NCBI GenBank assembly: GCA_046757165.1
Contig: JBHHXT010000008.1
Coordinates: 1 to 60,977 of the forward strand
Direction of reading: 5' to 3'
DNA from: a bacterium
GTDB lineage: Bacteria > Zhuqueibacterota > Zhuqueibacteria > Oceanimicrobiales > Oceanimicrobiaceae
Length of the DNA stretch: 60,977 bases
Part shown: positions 57,974 to 60,977 of the stretch, one piece after another
Position numbering within the stretch: position 1 is the first letter of the stretch
Layout of the letters: each line of letters begins with the position of its first letter
Notes under the pieces: generated by a model
The model's input: only the letters and a program-made list of their open reading frames with translations
Database searches by the model: none
Told to the model about the DNA's origin: nothing
Translations under genes and position numbers: made by a program

Positions 57974-59404
57974 ATCGACATCTCGAACATAAACCAGGCC
58001 AAAGATGCCTTGATTCGAGGCGAGTGCACCTGTGTTGAGCTGGTGCAGAACTATTTGCAGCGCATAAATGAAGGCCGTGACTTGAACGCCTTCATTTTTG
58101 TTTTAGAGCAGCGCGCCCTGGAAAAAGCCAGGCAGGTTGACGAGAAGCTGGAAAATGGGTTCGCGGGCAAGCTGGCGGGCGTGGTCCTGGCGGTGAAGGA
58201 CATTCTTGTGATCAAGGACGAACGCGTGACCTGCGGCTCACGCATGCTGGAGAACTTCACTTCGCCCTACGATGCCACCGTCATCCGCCGGCTCGAAGCC
58301 GAGGATGCCGTCATCATCGGCAAAACCAATCTGGACGAATTCGCCATGGGAAGTTCAAACGAGAACTCCTATTTTGGCGCCGTCAAGAACCCGCTTAACG
58401 AGTGCAGGGTTCCCGGTGGTTCTTCCGGCGGGTCGTGCGTGGCAGTGGCGGCTGACATGGCTCTGGCCTCGCTTGGCACCGACACGGGCGGCTCCATCCG
58501 GCAGCCGGCCGCTTTTTGCGGGGTGGTGGGAGCCAAACCTACCTACGGCCGTGTGTCGCGATACGGCCTGGTGGCCTTTGCGTCATCTTTTGACCAGATC
58601 GGCCCTATCACCAAAAATGTGCAGGACGCGGCGCTTCTACTGGAAGTCATGGCCGGCATGGACCAAAAGGACTCTACCTCGGCGCCTGTAGAGGTGCCAC
58701 CGTTTTCCAAAGCGACAGGTCAGGACGTCCGCGGCCTGAAAATCGGTCTTCCCAAAGAGTATTTCGCCGGGGGATTGCAGCCAGACGTGCGACAGCGTCT
58801 TGAGCAGACCATTGCCATGCTGAAGGAAAACGGCGCTGAGTTTCTGGACGTGTCTCTACCGCACACCGATTATGCTATCGCCGCGTATTACGTCATGACC
58901 TCTGCCGAAGCTTCGTCCAACCTGGCGCGCTACGATGGCGCACGCTACGGCTATCGTGCCCAGGGCGCAACCTCTTTGGAAGAAATGTATGTCAAGAGTC
59001 GCAGCCAGGGATTTGGCGCGGAAGTGAAACGGCGAATCATGCTCGGTACCTACGTTCTTTCCTCAGGCTACTACGAAGCCTACTATCGCAAAGCCCAGAA
59101 AGTGCGCACATTGATCAGACGGGATTTTGAGCACGTCTTTGCGCAGTGCGACTGTCTCCTGACGCCCACGTCACCGACCACTGCCTTCAACCTGGCGGAA
59201 AAGGTCGATGACCCGCTGACCATGTACCTTTCCGATGTGTATACGGTTTCCGTCAATCTCGCCGGGCTGCCCGCGATATCCGTCCCGTGTGGCACAGATC
59301 GCCAGGGGCTTCCCGTCGGGGTTCAGGTCATCGGCAAGCCATTTGATGAGGAGATGGTTTTTCGGGTCGGCGATTTTGTCGAAAGAAAAGCAACAGACAC
59401 CTGA
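57974..59404 (+). CDS. gatA: Asp/Glu-tRNA amidotransferase subunit A
   Basis: AVKD, GKTNLDEFAMGSS, PGGSSGGS, GTDTGGSIRQPA, SSNLARYDG; start probably ATC 57974, otherwise TTG 58010. Confidence 0.96.
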   Translation: MDISNINQAKDALIRGECTCVELVQNYLQRINEGRDLNAFIFVLEQRALEKARQVDEKLENGFAGKLAGVVLAVKDILVIKDERVTCGSRMLENFTSPYDATVIRRLEAEDAVIIGKTNLDEFAMGSSNENSYFGAVKNPLNECRVPGGSSGGSCVAVAADMALASLGTDTGGSIRQPAAFCGVVGAKPTYGRVSRYGLVAFASSFDQIGPITKNVQDAALLLEVMAGMDQKDSTSAPVEVPPFSKATGQDVRGLKIGLPKEYFAGGLQPDVRQRLEQTIAMLKENGAEFLDVSLPHTDYAIAAYYVMTSAEASSNLARYDGARYGYRAQGATSLEEMYVKSRSQGFGAEVKRRIMLGTYVLSSGYYEAYYRKAQKVRTLIRRDFEHVFAQCDCLLTPTSPTTAFNLAEKVDDPLTMYLSDVYTVSVNLAGLPAISVPCGTDRQGLPVGVQVIGKPFDEEMVFRVGDFVERKATDT

Positions 59405-59416
59405 TATCAGAGCTCG

Positions 59417-60874
59417 ATGAACTACGAAGCTGTTATTGGACTCGAAGTCCACGCACAACTTCTGACCCGCTCCAAGATATTTTCCGCCAGCAGTGCGGCC
59501 TTTGGCGGTGAGCCAAATTCCAGGGTCGACCCGGTGTGTTTGGGCCTCCCTGGTGCGCTGCCGGTTCTGAACAAGCGGGCCGTGGAGTTTGCCATGCGGA
59601 TGGGTCTGGCGACGCATTGCCGGATCGCGCCGGTTTCGGTCTTCGCCCGCAAAAACTACTTTTACCCGGACTTGCCCAGGGGGTACCAGATCTCGCAGTT
59701 CGAGGAACCTCTGTGTGAAAACGGCTTCGTTGAAATTGAATGGCCAGGCAAGGTGAAAAGAATTGGCATCACCCGCATTCACCTGGAGGAAGATGCCGGC
59801 AAATCTGTCCACCATGAGGCGTTTGTCGACCAGAACGAGACCTTGGTGGATGTCAACCGCTGCGGCGTGCCCTTGATCGAGATCGTGAGCGAGCCTGACA
59901 TCCGGTCGCCAAAGGAGGCGTATCTCTATTTGACCCGTCTAAAACAAATCGTGCAGTACCTCGAGATTTGTGATGGCAACATGGAGGAAGGCAGTCTCCG
60001 CTGCGATGCCAACATTTCCGTGCGTCCCGCTGGCCAGGAGTTACTGGGGGTCAAAACTGAGCTGAAGAACATGAATTCTTTTCGCGGCGTTGAAAAAGCG
60101 CTCGAATTTGAAATCACCCGGCAGATGAAAATTCTTGCCGGTAGGGGAGAGGTGGTTCAGCAAACGCTGCTCTGGAATGCCGACAGAAACGAGGCAGTGG
60201 TCATGCGAAGCAAGGAGGACTCACATGATTACCGCTATTTCCCGGACCCGGACCTGGTTCCGCTCGAAATCCATCGCGAATGGGTCGAGGAGGTGCGCAG
60301 GTCGTTGCCGGAATTGCCAGCCGCCCGCAAAGCCCGCTTGATGACCCAGTACGGAATTCCGGAATACGATGCCGAGGTCCTGACCAGCGCCAGGGAGCTG
60401 GCCGACTACTACGAGCAGGTGGTGGCCTCGAGCGGCGGCGACGGCAAGGTCGCCAGCAATTGGGTGATGGGGGAAGTCTTGCGTGCGCTCAAAGAAAAGG
60501 AGCAGACCATCCGAGATTTTGCTATCTCGGCAGAGAGTCTGGGAGCACTGATCAAATTGACAGTTGCCGGCACCATCAATCTGAAAACTGCCAAGACGGT
60601 ATTCGCTGAAATGTTAGAGACTGGAAGGAGCGCACAGGAAATCGTGACGCAAAAAGGCCTGGGGCAGATCTCGGACGCGGACGAGCTCACGCAGCAGGTT
60701 CGCCGCGTCCTACGGGACAATCCCACCGAGGTCGAAAAGTACCGGGCAGGCAAGAAACAGGTCATGGGCTTCCTGGTTGGGCAGGTCATGCGAGCGACTG
60801 GCGGCAAGGCCAATCCGAAACTTGTCAACGAAATCCTGCAACGGGAAATTGCTCAATCTCAACAAAATCATTGA
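59417..60874 (+). CDS. gatB: Asp/Glu-tRNA amidotransferase subunit B
   Basis: IGLEVH, RKNYFYPDLP.GYQISQ, HLEEDAGK, EEGSLRCDAN, DYRYFP. Confidence 0.97.
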   Translation: MNYEAVIGLEVHAQLLTRSKIFSASSAAFGGEPNSRVDPVCLGLPGALPVLNKRAVEFAMRMGLATHCRIAPVSVFARKNYFYPDLPRGYQISQFEEPLCENGFVEIEWPGKVKRIGITRIHLEEDAGKSVHHEAFVDQNETLVDVNRCGVPLIEIVSEPDIRSPKEAYLYLTRLKQIVQYLEICDGNMEEGSLRCDANISVRPAGQELLGVKTELKNMNSFRGVEKALEFEITRQMKILAGRGEVVQQTLLWNADRNEAVVMRSKEDSHDYRYFPDPDLVPLEIHREWVEEVRRSLPELPAARKARLMTQYGIPEYDAEVLTSARELADYYEQVVASSGGDGKVASNWVMGEVLRALKEKEQTIRDFAISAESLGALIKLTVAGTINLKTAKTVFAEMLETGRSAQEIVTQKGLGQISDADELTQQVRRVLRDNPTEVEKYRAGKKQVMGFLVGQVMRATGGKANPKLVNEILQREIAQSQQNH

Positions 60875-60961
60875 TTTTCACATACCGCTTTCTATATTAT
60901 GATGTTCTGTCCCATCTTGAACCAATCCATCACTTAACCTCTTTTAAGAAAGGAGGGAGTC

Positions 60962-60977
60962 ATGAAGAGAATTCTAG
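60962..60977 (+). CDS. Start of the next gene, truncated by the window edge (MKRIL...)
   Basis: AGGAGGGAG RBS then ATG; promoter-like TTGATT..TATATT upstream. Confidence 0.5.

Noticed and set aside
57974..60874. Missing gatC, and purL absent next to purSQ, as gene loss
   Set aside because: These genes are often located elsewhere; this cannot be judged from one window.

Overview
Bacterial chromosomal window, mostly housekeeping genes on the + strand. An FCB-related lineage such as candidate division KSB1 is my inference from T9SS-like C-terminal, PorV-like and TPR proteins; it is not proven. Housekeeping content: murQ, five tRNAs, purM, gpsA, asnS, apt, guaB, rpsT, an EF-G paralogue, mazG, pyrK/pyrD, cdsA, truA, tal, an HtrA protease, purB/C/S/Q, psd/pssA, two tatA-type genes, gatA/gatB. 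Two accessory blocks stand out. (1) A cobalamin-riboswitch operon: a TonB receptor plus a secreted beta-propeller/putative B12-binding/T9SS-CTD fusion protein. (2) A 14-kb co-oriented signalling locus (14954-28752): a diguanylate cyclase, two histidine kinases, a REC-pseudoDHp protein and a sigma54 activator. These precede a predicted sigma54 promoter and an operon of REC-DUF4388, orphan ParA, REC, lytic transglycosylase, a multi-Hpt-like scaffold, an archaeal-FtsZ1-like GTPase fused to a His-less Hpt-like domain, and a further Hpt-like protein. Block 2 is the best candidate for an undescribed system, a phosphorelay-controlled non-dcw FtsZ/ParA/cell-wall module. Also found: two small ORFs missed by the ORF track, a 6S-like structured RNA, probable ATC/ATT start codons and several degenerate pseudo-enzymes. 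All family calls come from motif recognition by eye; no searches were run.
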